In this document: positions 7,576 to 15,459 of the stretch, piece after piece
Layout: every line of letters starts with the position of its first letter
Numbering within the stretch: position 1 is the first letter of the stretch
Source: a virus
Lineage: Duplodnaviria; Caudoviricetes
Direction: 5' to 3' (one strand)
IMG/VR virus record: IMGVR_UViG_3300047090_000011
Coordinates: 1 to 24,654 of that record
DNA length: 24,654 nucleotides
Program-made: the position numbers and the translations under genes
Notes under the pieces: generated by a model
What the model saw: the letters and a program-made list of their open reading frames with translations, nothing else
What the model was told of the DNA's origin: nothing
Database searches by the model: none

Positions 7576-8607
7576 TTAAATGAACGCGCCGTAGTCCTGA
7601 TTGCCATAGGCGAGCCCGGTGCCGAAGCCGCTGGAGCCTGCGCCCGTCTGGCTGAACGCCGCTTGGCCGTAGTTTCCGCCGCTGGAGCCAAAGCCCAGGT
7701 TCTGGCCCAGACGAGCCCCGGCCAACGCGCCGCCAACAGCACCGTTCAATCCGCCACCACCGCCCTGGATGGATTGCTGCTGCGAGCTGTTCAGACCCGT
7801 GTAAGGCGTGAGTGTGTTGCTGTACTGTTGCAACGCCCCCAACGGGGCCTGATACGCCGTATTGCCGGTGTCGTACATGCCCTGACCCAACCCCAGTTGC
7901 CCATTGACGCCAGAGCCGAACAGCGAAGAACCGAGGCCGTATTGCTGCAAATCCTGCCCGCGCTGCTGGGTGTAGAAGTTCTGGTTCTGCGCCGTGGCTT
8001 GATTCCCCAGGCCACCAAGGCCGAGGTTGTAGTTGTTGCTCAGCCCGATCCGTGCAGTCTGGTTGGCTTGATCGGTGTTGTACGCGCCACCGTAGAGGCC
8101 CGCCAGCGCCGATCCGAGTTGGCCTGATGCATTGCCTGCTGCGACACCTTCGGCGATGCCCTGGCGCGATGAGCCATACTGACCATTCCCCTGCGCGGCA
8201 GAGCGGATGCCAGGCATGATGTTCTGGCTCAGGTTCTGGTTAACCTGGTTCTGAATGCCGTTGGCCTGGTCCTGCAGGTAGGGATTCGGGCCGTAGGTCG
8301 CGTTTGATCCGCCGAGCTGCGCACCGCCGCCATTCATTCCAGGCTTGGGCATGGGTTGAGCGCCGCCAAGTTGGTAGCGGCCCGCGCTTGCACCGTAGAC
8401 GGGGTCGCGCACCACGGGGCCGGCATCACCGCCGAAGAAGTCTCCAGCACCTTGCGGCGTGGCGTAAGTGACCTTCGTCGGGTCGGTGCCGTCCGCCCTT
8501 CCTTGGTACTGGTTCGATGCGATCTGTTGACCGTTCGCGCCGTACTCGTAGGGGCTGTTGGTGATCGAGCCGTCAGCCTTGGTGTAGTTGTAGAGCACAG
8601 ACATCAT
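7576..8607 (-). CDS. Gly/Gln/Asn-rich DNA transfer (pilot-like) protein, 343 aa
   Basis: 'NPYL...GQYGSSRQGIAEG' motif; hydrophobic Gly-rich C-terminus; GGAGG SD. Confidence 0.65.
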   Translation of the reverse strand: MMSVLYNYTKADGSITNSPYEYGANGQQIASNQYQGRADGTDPTKVTYATPQGAGDFFGGDAGPVVRDPVYGASAGRYQLGGAQPMPKPGMNGGGAQLGGSNATYGPNPYLQDQANGIQNQVNQNLSQNIMPGIRSAAQGNGQYGSSRQGIAEGVAAGNASGQLGSALAGLYGGAYNTDQANQTARIGLSNNYNLGLGGLGNQATAQNQNFYTQQRGQDLQQYGLGSSLFGSGVNGQLGLGQGMYDTGNTAYQAPLGALQQYSNTLTPYTGLNSSQQQSIQGGGGGLNGAVGGALAGARLGQNLGFGSSGGNYGQAAFSQTGAGSSGFGTGLAYGNQDYGAFI

Positions 8608-9293
8608 GCGCCTCCATTTCCAGTGTTTCCGCCGTCATAGAAGCCGACGTTGTTCCCGTTCTTATCCGCCCAGAATGGCTGACCAGTCGAAGGGTCGGCC
8701 ATCAACCGCCAGCCGCCCTGGTACTCATTGCTCAGCTGCCCAGGAGGGAGCGCGGAATAAGGGGATGGCGCCGGCGCTTGCACTGGGGAGGGTGCGGCTG
8801 GCGGTGGCGCGGCGAATGGGCCACTGCCTGCGGTTGCAGGGGGTGGAACTTGTCCACCATATGCAGGCTGGTAGCTCGGGAACTGCTGCCGAGCAGGAGG
8901 GCCGCCGAGTGATGAGCCGCCACCACCTTGAGACCCGCCGAGCAGCGACATGCGGCCGTCGGAGAAGGGGTTGCCCATTACCGGCGCGCCCAGCAGGCCA
9001 GAACCCAGATTCTGCTGCTGGCGATATCCCGCCATGACAGAGGGATCGTTGTAGGTCTGCCATTGCTGGTTCAGGCCCTGGCGCATCTGGTCGTTTAGGC
9101 CGGTTTTGTTGCCCTGATACCAGGCGTTTGCATCGCCCAGAAGGCCGCCATTTCCATCGGCCCCGTAGATGTATTTTTCAATGCGAGGATCAATCTTGTT
9201 CTGGCTGGATGACCCCGCGTCTCCCGCTGCATCGGCCTGAATCGAAGAACTGATGATGGCCCCTCCGGCCGCGATTGCTGCACCCCATGGCAT
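8604..9293 (-). CDS. DNA transfer/pilot-like protein with Pro-rich segment, 229 aa
   Basis: 'MPWGAAIAAGGAIISS' N-terminus typical of P22 gp7-position proteins; AAGGAG SD. Confidence 0.65.
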   Translation of the reverse strand: MPWGAAIAAGGAIISSSIQADAAGDAGSSSQNKIDPRIEKYIYGADGNGGLLGDANAWYQGNKTGLNDQMRQGLNQQWQTYNDPSVMAGYRQQQNLGSGLLGAPVMGNPFSDGRMSLLGGSQGGGGSSLGGPPARQQFPSYQPAYGGQVPPPATAGSGPFAAPPPAAPSPVQAPAPSPYSALPPGQLSNEYQGGWRLMADPSTGQPFWADKNGNNVGFYDGGNTGNGGA

Positions 9294-9303
9294 ATGAGAC
9301 TCC

Positions 9304-9834
9304 TTACGTCCGAATACAGACGATCATCGCAATGCGGTCGCGCTGCGAATCGTTGTTGACCCAATGCGGAACGTCATTCCTGAACGCCCACACCTCGCCC
9401 GGCTTGGCGTGAATCTCGCCCTCCGGAAACCCGAAAACTGCGCCCTCGTCGTTGACGATGGGCACATAGAATTTCTTGTAATAGCCAGCGTGCCATCCGC
9501 CATCGACGTGCGAATGGATCTTCCCGCCTGGCGGCAGTTTTGTGATCAGCACACCGCCCAAGCGCGTACCCCATACAGACCACATCAGCGCGTGACATAC
9601 GGGACGAACTTCTGGCATCTCTTCAGATTCTGGATACCAGACCGAATCGTGCTCGTCATTGAAGTGCGGACCTTGGTTTTCCGGCGCGTTGTAGCGCACC
9701 CAGATATCCGTCATCGCGCCATGCGCGTAGCTATCTGCGCGTGCCATACGACGGCCGAATAGGTTGGGCTGTCCCACAAGGCGCCGCTCCAGCGGCCCCA
9801 CGTCGAGATCATCGGTTAATTTATAGAAGTTCAT
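9304..9834 (-). CDS. Aspartyl/asparaginyl beta-hydroxylase-like 2OG-Fe(II) oxygenase (176 aa)
   Basis: 'LPPGGKIHSHVD' (HxD), distal 'VPHWVNN' His and 'RIAMIV' 2OG-binding Arg; start MNFYKL. Confidence 0.85.
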   Translation of the reverse strand: MNFYKLTDDLDVGPLERRLVGQPNLFGRRMARADSYAHGAMTDIWVRYNAPENQGPHFNDEHDSVWYPESEEMPEVRPVCHALMWSVWGTRLGGVLITKLPPGGKIHSHVDGGWHAGYYKKFYVPIVNDEGAVFGFPEGEIHAKPGEVWAFRNDVPHWVNNDSQRDRIAMIVCIRT

Positions 9835-10177
9835 TGAGCATCCGCTCCATCTCTTCGTTGTCGGGCTCAATGATCTGGTCGTGGTCTGGATCGTCGGCAT
9901 GCAAGCAATACCAAACACAGTCGGTCAACGCCTTTACGCCGTGATGCTTGTTCGCCTCGATCGTGACGCACACCGGCCCCACAATCTCCCGCCGTTCGCC
10001 GTCCACCATAAGAATCGCTCGACCGACCGCCAAGATCGACAGATGTGCTTCTTCGTGCTTGTGCTGCACCAGGCGATACCCTGCAGCAATGGAGTAACCC
10101 TTGGCATAGACGTTGCCGGCGAAGTGGTGCATAACGTCAAAATGGTGGACTGCATCTGACTCTGTGGCTTGTCTCAT
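9821..10177 (-). CDS. Cupin-fold protein (118 aa)
   Basis: 'HHFAGNVYAK...VQHKHEEAHLSIL..G' and 'IEANKHHGVKAL' cupin motifs; TAATG overlap with the upstream gene. Confidence 0.8.
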   Translation of the reverse strand: MRQATESDAVHHFDVMHHFAGNVYAKGYSIAAGYRLVQHKHEEAHLSILAVGRAILMVDGERREIVGPVCVTIEANKHHGVKALTDCVWYCLHADDPDHDQIIEPDNEEMERMLNELL

Positions 10178-11064
10178 TACCATCCTGCCCACCCTGCCGG
10201 GGGTGTGTATAGAAAAGGTCCAACAAAATTGGCTACTTGCTGTGCTCCGAGGCTATAGAGCGATGTCGCGGGGTGGTGGGCAGCGTCAGCGCCGGCGACA
10301 GAGCCTGTACCGGCTACTGGATCACCAGTGTTGAACCATGTCCCGTTCTTGCCCCACCAGATCTGATTTGCCGATGTGTCTGCAGCAAACATCATCGTGT
10401 CGCCGACACTTGCCGTAGCCCATGATCCTGGCGCGAATGGGAAACTGTTGACATTGCTGGCATAGCGACACCCCTCCTTCGTCGCATACCCGTACTCGCC
10501 AACCCCGGCCCCAACAAAGCTGTTGAGATTGCCGGTTGCGTACATGAGCCCCACCATGCTATAGGGGGGAGACACGCCACCATCTGCAGTGATGGTGATT
10601 TCCCAATAGCGCTTGGTGGCAATACCCAGCGGGTGAACAGCGCGTATCGCTCTGTAATCAGATGGCGTAGACGCCATGGTGACAGTCGTGTCATCAATCG
10701 AGACCGACAACTCCGACGCCTTATCCAGCGGGTTCCACGCTTGGCCGCCAACTGGAACAATCGTCCCACCCCCACCGGGGGTGTCCTCGCACCCACACGT
10801 CATGTAAGACCACACTCCCACGCCTAGATCGTTGGTGATGTACGCATAAACACCGTTTCCGCAGCCAGGGTCCCAGTTCGCCCCATCGGCGTACACGACA
10901 TCACCGGGCCGTGGCTTTGTCGGCTCTTTCGCGAGTGGGGTGAGCCGCAACCTGTCAGTCTGTAGGTTTACCGAATCCGCGACTCTGGATAGTTCCTGCC
11001 GCAGATACACCGCCAGATCGGGGTCGATCTTGAACGTCGGTTGGCGAGGAACGTACTGGCCCAT
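10177..11064 (-). CDS. Virion protein with C-terminal SPRY/B30.2-like domain (tail needle position), 295 aa
   Basis: N-terminal 'YLRQELSRVA...EPTKPRPGDVVYADGANWDPG', GGGG linker, then 'WNPLDK...KRYWEIT...VGDTMMFAAD....IWWGKNGTW'. Confidence 0.7.
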   Translation of the reverse strand: MGQYVPRQPTFKIDPDLAVYLRQELSRVADSVNLQTDRLRLTPLAKEPTKPRPGDVVYADGANWDPGCGNGVYAYITNDLGVGVWSYMTCGCEDTPGGGGTIVPVGGQAWNPLDKASELSVSIDDTTVTMASTPSDYRAIRAVHPLGIATKRYWEITITADGGVSPPYSMVGLMYATGNLNSFVGAGVGEYGYATKEGCRYASNVNSFPFAPGSWATASVGDTMMFAADTSANQIWWGKNGTWFNTGDPVAGTGSVAGADAAHHPATSLYSLGAQQVANFVGPFLYTPPAGWAGW

Positions 11065-12614
11065 CAGTAGCTCCCTCGCGGGGTGAATTCAAAGTCCATC
11101 CCATCCAGGCGCCATTGGTAGGCGTCGGTCGAGAGAATCCGCCAGGCCAGGAAATAGCCCGATGCAAACGCGTTGACTGCAAGGTCGGTGCCCACCGTGT
11201 AGACGATCTCTGGCGACCATGTCACATCACCGTCCAGGGTCTGATGCGATCCGATCTGAAAAGTCAGCACGGTCCCCGCAGGGGCCTTGAACCTTGGTCG
11301 TACACGCGTCACGGTCTTGATCTGGTTCGGCGCGTCGAAGGTCAACCCGGTACGCTCCATCGAGCCTTGGATCGCTTCATCGAAGTCCAGATTGCCTGCA
11401 TCCATCAATACCAGTGCTGGACGATCTGGGGCGCACAACAGCGTTCTTTCCAGCTGGGCGCCAAACTCGTTCTGATCGAATGGCAATGTGTCCATGTCGA
11501 ACGGGATCGGGCCTCCACCGTCGAAGGTGTCCGAGTACACGTCATCCACCAACCCCGTGTTGCCTGCGGTGACGCTTGGCAGATCGCGGAAAGACACCGA
11601 GTTGTCTTTGTAGTTGTAGACAAGGGCCTTGGTGCAGGACGTTTCACCGAGTTCTGGATAGCACACCCAGACCTCATTGAAATAAACGTTCTTGACGACA
11701 AAACACCGGTCCTGACTCTCCGAATCGATCGACTGGAACAGGTATCGCCTGGTCTGCTTGTCCAGGACCGATTGAATGTTCGATCCGTCATGACGGATGA
11801 AGTCGTTGCTGGTCAGGACGAAGTGCGAGCCGTTGACCTCTACGACGCAATCCTTGCTCAGAATCCCCGAGTTGCTGAAAAGCTGTTGAATGTCGTAGAT
11901 GAACGGAGCGCCGACGAAATTCGCAATGTGCGTCGAGTTCTCGGCATAGATCACGAGCGACTGGCGCAGAGTGAGTGCATCGATGACAAACCCATTACCC
12001 GCAAGATCGAACTGTCCCGCGTCCTTTGTCGGGTCTGTGACATCCCAGGAGACTGGAACAGTGCCAGGGTCTGCCGGATGGCTCCACAGCACGCGATACG
12101 GGAAACGATCTGTTCCGTCGTTGATGTCGAGCGCGAACATCACATTGCCGAAAGGCCGCATCACCGCTGCGGTGTAGCCCGTAGGCCACGCTGTCAAGGC
12201 TTGCAGGTCCTGCGTCGTTTCGACCGGGCTCCACATCTGAGGCGTATCAACACCGTTGTTTAGGATCGGAACTCCATTAAGAATTCCGCCATTCCAGCAG
12301 TCGTCCAGGGTAGCCGCGTAGTCTCCGCCTGTCGCACGGGTGATGTCCGTCCACACAGCAGGACTACCCGTCACGCAGTAGGCTTTGAGTTGGCTCAGCG
12401 CGATCCAGTACCGGTCAGCGCCTATGCGAACAGGGAAGGCCGAGATTGGATCAATCGGAGCTGTGGGGTATACGTCCGACTGACCAAGGAAAAGCTCCGC
12501 ATACCCCTCGCGAAACCGCACGTTTTCCGCGTCCGTCACAGAACCAAGAGGCAAGTCCTCTTTCGATAGGTCCTTGTTGACTCCGGTGAAAGGGTAGAGC
12601 TTGAACAGCGCCAC
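11064..12614 (-). CDS. Tail hub/nozzle protein (P22 gp10/tubular B-like), 516 aa
   Basis: Size, acidic beta-propeller-like composition ('NEVWVCYP', 'ALVYNY') and position after the adaptor. Confidence 0.75.
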   Translation of the reverse strand: MALFKLYPFTGVNKDLSKEDLPLGSVTDAENVRFREGYAELFLGQSDVYPTAPIDPISAFPVRIGADRYWIALSQLKAYCVTGSPAVWTDITRATGGDYAATLDDCWNGGILNGVPILNNGVDTPQMWSPVETTQDLQALTAWPTGYTAAVMRPFGNVMFALDINDGTDRFPYRVLWSHPADPGTVPVSWDVTDPTKDAGQFDLAGNGFVIDALTLRQSLVIYAENSTHIANFVGAPFIYDIQQLFSNSGILSKDCVVEVNGSHFVLTSNDFIRHDGSNIQSVLDKQTRRYLFQSIDSESQDRCFVVKNVYFNEVWVCYPELGETSCTKALVYNYKDNSVSFRDLPSVTAGNTGLVDDVYSDTFDGGGPIPFDMDTLPFDQNEFGAQLERTLLCAPDRPALVLMDAGNLDFDEAIQGSMERTGLTFDAPNQIKTVTRVRPRFKAPAGTVLTFQIGSHQTLDGDVTWSPEIVYTVGTDLAVNAFASGYFLAWRILSTDAYQWRLDGMDFEFTPRGSY

Positions 12615-13270
12615 TAGTAGCCCCGCGTGATGTTGAACCGTGCGGAACGCTGGATCGATGCCAGTTCAGTTACCAGCGGTGCAAGGGAGCGGTTCTTGTT
12701 CTCGTCTTCCTTGGCGTCCTTCATGGCCTGTTGATACCTCTGTTCCCACAATGGCAGGCGAGCGTCTTCCATGGTGTATCCGCAGGACTCAACAAGAGCG
12801 CCGAACAGGTACAGGTTGGGGAAGTTCGTGAGGGTGTAATTCGTGGTGTTCGCATCACTCAGCGCGAAGGTCTGGGTGTAGCGAAACTCGAAGGGAAATG
12901 CAGATTCCGCCAACAGGTCAAACGCGATGTTTTCTCCATCGATGGACCAATACTGCGGATAGCCCGAGACGTTCTCGGTCACGGGCAATTGATCGGGGGG
13001 GCGCTGCATCAACTGTTGACGCGGAAGCCACGCCTTCAGCCAGAGCGCGATGGGGTTGTCAAAATCCGCTGGCAGTGCCACGAATCTTGAGCCCGGTGTC
13101 ATCAGCAGTTCAACTTCAATTTCTACTCCGCGCGGGACAAACGTGCGGGCAATCCGCGTCTCTGCCAACGAGATGAAATCGGGAACGCGAGCGGCAAACG
13201 CAGTGTCGCCAGGGCGGTGTGCCCAGTCGATCACTGCGGACTGCAGCTCGGTGTAATTGGTGATGGCCAT
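12614..13270 (-). CDS. Head-tail adaptor (P22 gp4/tubular A-like), 218 aa
   Basis: 'MAITNYTELQSAVIDW...IPDFI-like..LAE', 'NYTLTNFPNLYLFGAL' pattern; directly after the coat gene. Confidence 0.75.
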   Translation of the reverse strand: MAITNYTELQSAVIDWAHRPGDTAFAARVPDFISLAETRIARTFVPRGVEIEVELLMTPGSRFVALPADFDNPIALWLKAWLPRQQLMQRPPDQLPVTENVSGYPQYWSIDGENIAFDLLAESAFPFEFRYTQTFALSDANTTNYTLTNFPNLYLFGALVESCGYTMEDARLPLWEQRYQQAMKDAKEDENKNRSLAPLVTELASIQRSARFNITRGY

Positions 13271-13276
13271 AAGCGA

Positions 13277-13298
13277 TACCCCGGCCGAAGCCGGGGCA
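13277..13298 (-). terminator. Stable C(UUCG)G hairpin after the coat gene (attenuator/stabiliser)
   Basis: UGCCCCGGC-UUCG-GCCGGGGUA; weak U-tract; ends 6 nt before the next ATG. Confidence 0.6.
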
Positions 13299-13303
13299 GG
13301 TGC

Positions 13304-14500
13304 TTAGTTGCTCAAGATGCGGCAGGCCAACTGCGGACGGATCGTCTTGTAGCCATAGAGGATGTCCAGGCGACAAGGGAACGTGTCCGAGTTGATGGCG
13401 TACTGGCGCACGATCCGCATGGAGATGCCGTCCAGCACTTCACGGCGGGCGAAGTCCACACCTTCAGGCATGATCAAGTCAGCCGTCGCGAAGGCGAAAG
13501 CGTCCTTGTGGAATGCCAGAGAAGGTTTGTAGATGCCGCTGGCAGATCCAATCTTGACCACGGCATTGCCGGTAGGCATACCGCCCGCAGTCACGTTCTG
13601 GCGACCAGTGGTGGTGTAGATCGCTGGCGCGAAGCTCATCGGACCCGCGCCGCCCGTCTTCGCCGCCGTCACGACGAACTGCTGTAGGACGCCCGTGTCC
13701 TGCTTGGTTTCGGGGTGCACGCGGTTGCAACCAACAACGGTGAAGATGTCGCCAACAGCAAAAGTCGTGGAGCCTGCGGCCAGGGTTACGCTTGTGGAGC
13801 CGTTGGCGGTTACTGCGCCGTTGACGGTGTAGCCCGTGGTCGCAGCGGCCGTACCGGTTGTCTGGTTCTGGATCAGGGTGTTTTCGTAGAAGTCGAATCC
13901 ACCCGTTCGGCCCATCGAGCCTTCCTTGTACTGCTGCTTGATCGCCGTCGAGTCCTGGAACAGGCCCTTCAACTGGTCCACCAGGTCAACGTTGTCGCCC
14001 GTGTTCAGGAGCACCGTGCGGTCGTTGTCCATCGGGGCCAGCGCATCATTCAGAACCTTGCGGCCCAGCATGAGTTGCTTGAAGGTCAGCACCGAAGAAA
14101 TGTTGTTCACGTTCTGGTAAACGTCGAGCATCATGTTCAGTGCGTCGGCCTCCACGTTCGCAGCCAAAACCGACATGGCCGGCTCCAGAATGCGCGCGGA
14201 GAAGTCATCCAGCGACAACGTCAGGTCCACCGAAGTGAAGTTCAAGTCAACACCCTTCTGGGTGGCGACTTGCAGCGTGGTGCTGAGTTCCGCAGTGGGC
14301 TGCGTGGTCAGCGTGGCACCAGTGCGAACGACATACTCGTTCGGCAGGCGGATCTTCAGCGAGTCACCGATGCGGGCGCCGGATTTCGCGAAAGAATCGT
14401 CATAGGTGCGGTTGATGCGCCCGACGAAATTGAGCTTCTGATGAAGGATGCGCAGTGCTTCGCGCGTGACCGCGGTAGGGGTCAGGATCGTATTGGACAT
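13304..14500 (-). CDS. Major capsid protein, P22 coat (gp5) family, 398 aa
   Basis: 'MSNTILTP..VTREALRIL', 'KIRLP', 'LAFHKDAFAFATADL', 'RLDILYG' motifs. Confidence 0.92.
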   Translation of the reverse strand: MSNTILTPTAVTREALRILHQKLNFVGRINRTYDDSFAKSGARIGDSLKIRLPNEYVVRTGATLTTQPTAELSTTLQVATQKGVDLNFTSVDLTLSLDDFSARILEPAMSVLAANVEADALNMMLDVYQNVNNISSVLTFKQLMLGRKVLNDALAPMDNDRTVLLNTGDNVDLVDQLKGLFQDSTAIKQQYKEGSMGRTGGFDFYENTLIQNQTTGTAAATTGYTVNGAVTANGSTSVTLAAGSTTFAVGDIFTVVGCNRVHPETKQDTGVLQQFVVTAAKTGGAGPMSFAPAIYTTTGRQNVTAGGMPTGNAVVKIGSASGIYKPSLAFHKDAFAFATADLIMPEGVDFARREVLDGISMRIVRQYAINSDTFPCRLDILYGYKTIRPQLACRILSN

Positions 14501-14505
14501 GAAAG

Positions 14506-14525
14506 CCTTTCAGCGCCTCTCGGCG
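14506..14525 (-). promoter_or_regulatory. GNRA hairpin plus SD upstream of the coat gene
   Basis: CGCC-GAGA-GGCG-CT-GAAAGG-CTTTC-ATG. Confidence 0.55.
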
Positions 14526-14537
14526 TTAGAAAATTGA

Positions 14538-15380
14538 TTAACGGTTGCGTCTAACTTGTGCGTTCCGCCACTTGCTCCACTCCTCTGGGCTCAGTTTGTC
14601 TGGGTCGCGTGTTGCGGTGTTCTTCACTGCCGCAATGCGAGTGACCGGCTTTTCCTGAGCTTCGGGTTTGGGCTTGGCGGTCTGCTTTGCCATCAACTGT
14701 TTGAGCGTGTACGAATCGTGGAGAAGCTTCACCGGTACATGACTGGTGAGTTTGTCCAGGGCATCAGCGGGAACGCCGATGTCCAGGGCATGCTTCCTCA
14801 AAGTCTGCGCAAGCTCAGGAGACCAGTTGGGGATTTCACGTTTCAACGCTTGCCGGGCTTGTTCCAACTGCGTCGCTTCTGCTTCGCGGGCCTGGAATGC
14901 TCTTTGCTGCTGTTTCTGCGTGAGTGCGCCGGCCATCTGGTCCCGTTGGGATTGCAGTTGGCGCATCGCGCGGTCCAATTTCATCGCCTGGACCGGATCG
15001 GCGTCGGACAATTGATCCCAGTTGATGCCTTCAAATTGCTTCAACTGTTTTTCAATTGCCCGCACATCTGCAACCTCAGACAGGAATGCTTCGTGCTCCT
15101 GTGCTTGCTGTTGCACCCGCGTTTCCTGCTCTGCTACGGCTTTCTTCTGCTCCGACAGCGACTGCGTCTTGCGCGTGTAGTCGTCTTGGAACATCGTCCC
15201 ATTTTTGATATGGGCAGCCAGCTTCTTAGGTAGGCGGTACTTTTCCCCATCGTGTTCGATCTCTTCCGAATCGTCTTCGGCTTGCTCAACCACTTCCGTG
15301 TCGAGTGCTTCTGGCGTCTCTGTTTCGATCGCTTCCGGGGTCTCGGATTCCTGGGCTACAGGTTGTTCCGTGTTGTCCAT
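14538..15380 (-). CDS. Scaffolding protein, 280 aa
   Basis: Acidic N-terminus, 'DDYTRKTQ' motif, coiled coil, basic C-terminus; directly before the coat gene. Confidence 0.85.
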   Translation of the reverse strand: MDNTEQPVAQESETPEAIETETPEALDTEVVEQAEDDSEEIEHDGEKYRLPKKLAAHIKNGTMFQDDYTRKTQSLSEQKKAVAEQETRVQQQAQEHEAFLSEVADVRAIEKQLKQFEGINWDQLSDADPVQAMKLDRAMRQLQSQRDQMAGALTQKQQQRAFQAREAEATQLEQARQALKREIPNWSPELAQTLRKHALDIGVPADALDKLTSHVPVKLLHDSYTLKQLMAKQTAKPKPEAQEKPVTRIAAVKNTATRDPDKLSPEEWSKWRNAQVRRNR

Positions 15381-15386
15381 CGATTT

Positions 15387-15414
15387 CCTTTCGCAGCGTC
15401 TCGCGACGGATGCG
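15387..15414 (-). promoter_or_regulatory. GNRA hairpin plus SD upstream of the scaffold gene
   Basis: CGCA-TC-CGTC-GCGA-GACG-C-TGCG-AAAGG. Confidence 0.55.
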
Positions 15415-15459
15415 TGTCCCGCTTACAAGGCCCTATGCCTATCCAGGGGCGGTACAACC

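Noticed and set aside
11115-12263. 382-aa plus-strand ORF
   Set aside because: Antisense shadow of the tail hub gene; no recognisable motifs; expected in GC-rich coding DNA.
13715-15233. 279-aa and 225-aa plus-strand ORFs
   Set aside because: Antisense shadows of the coat and scaffold genes.
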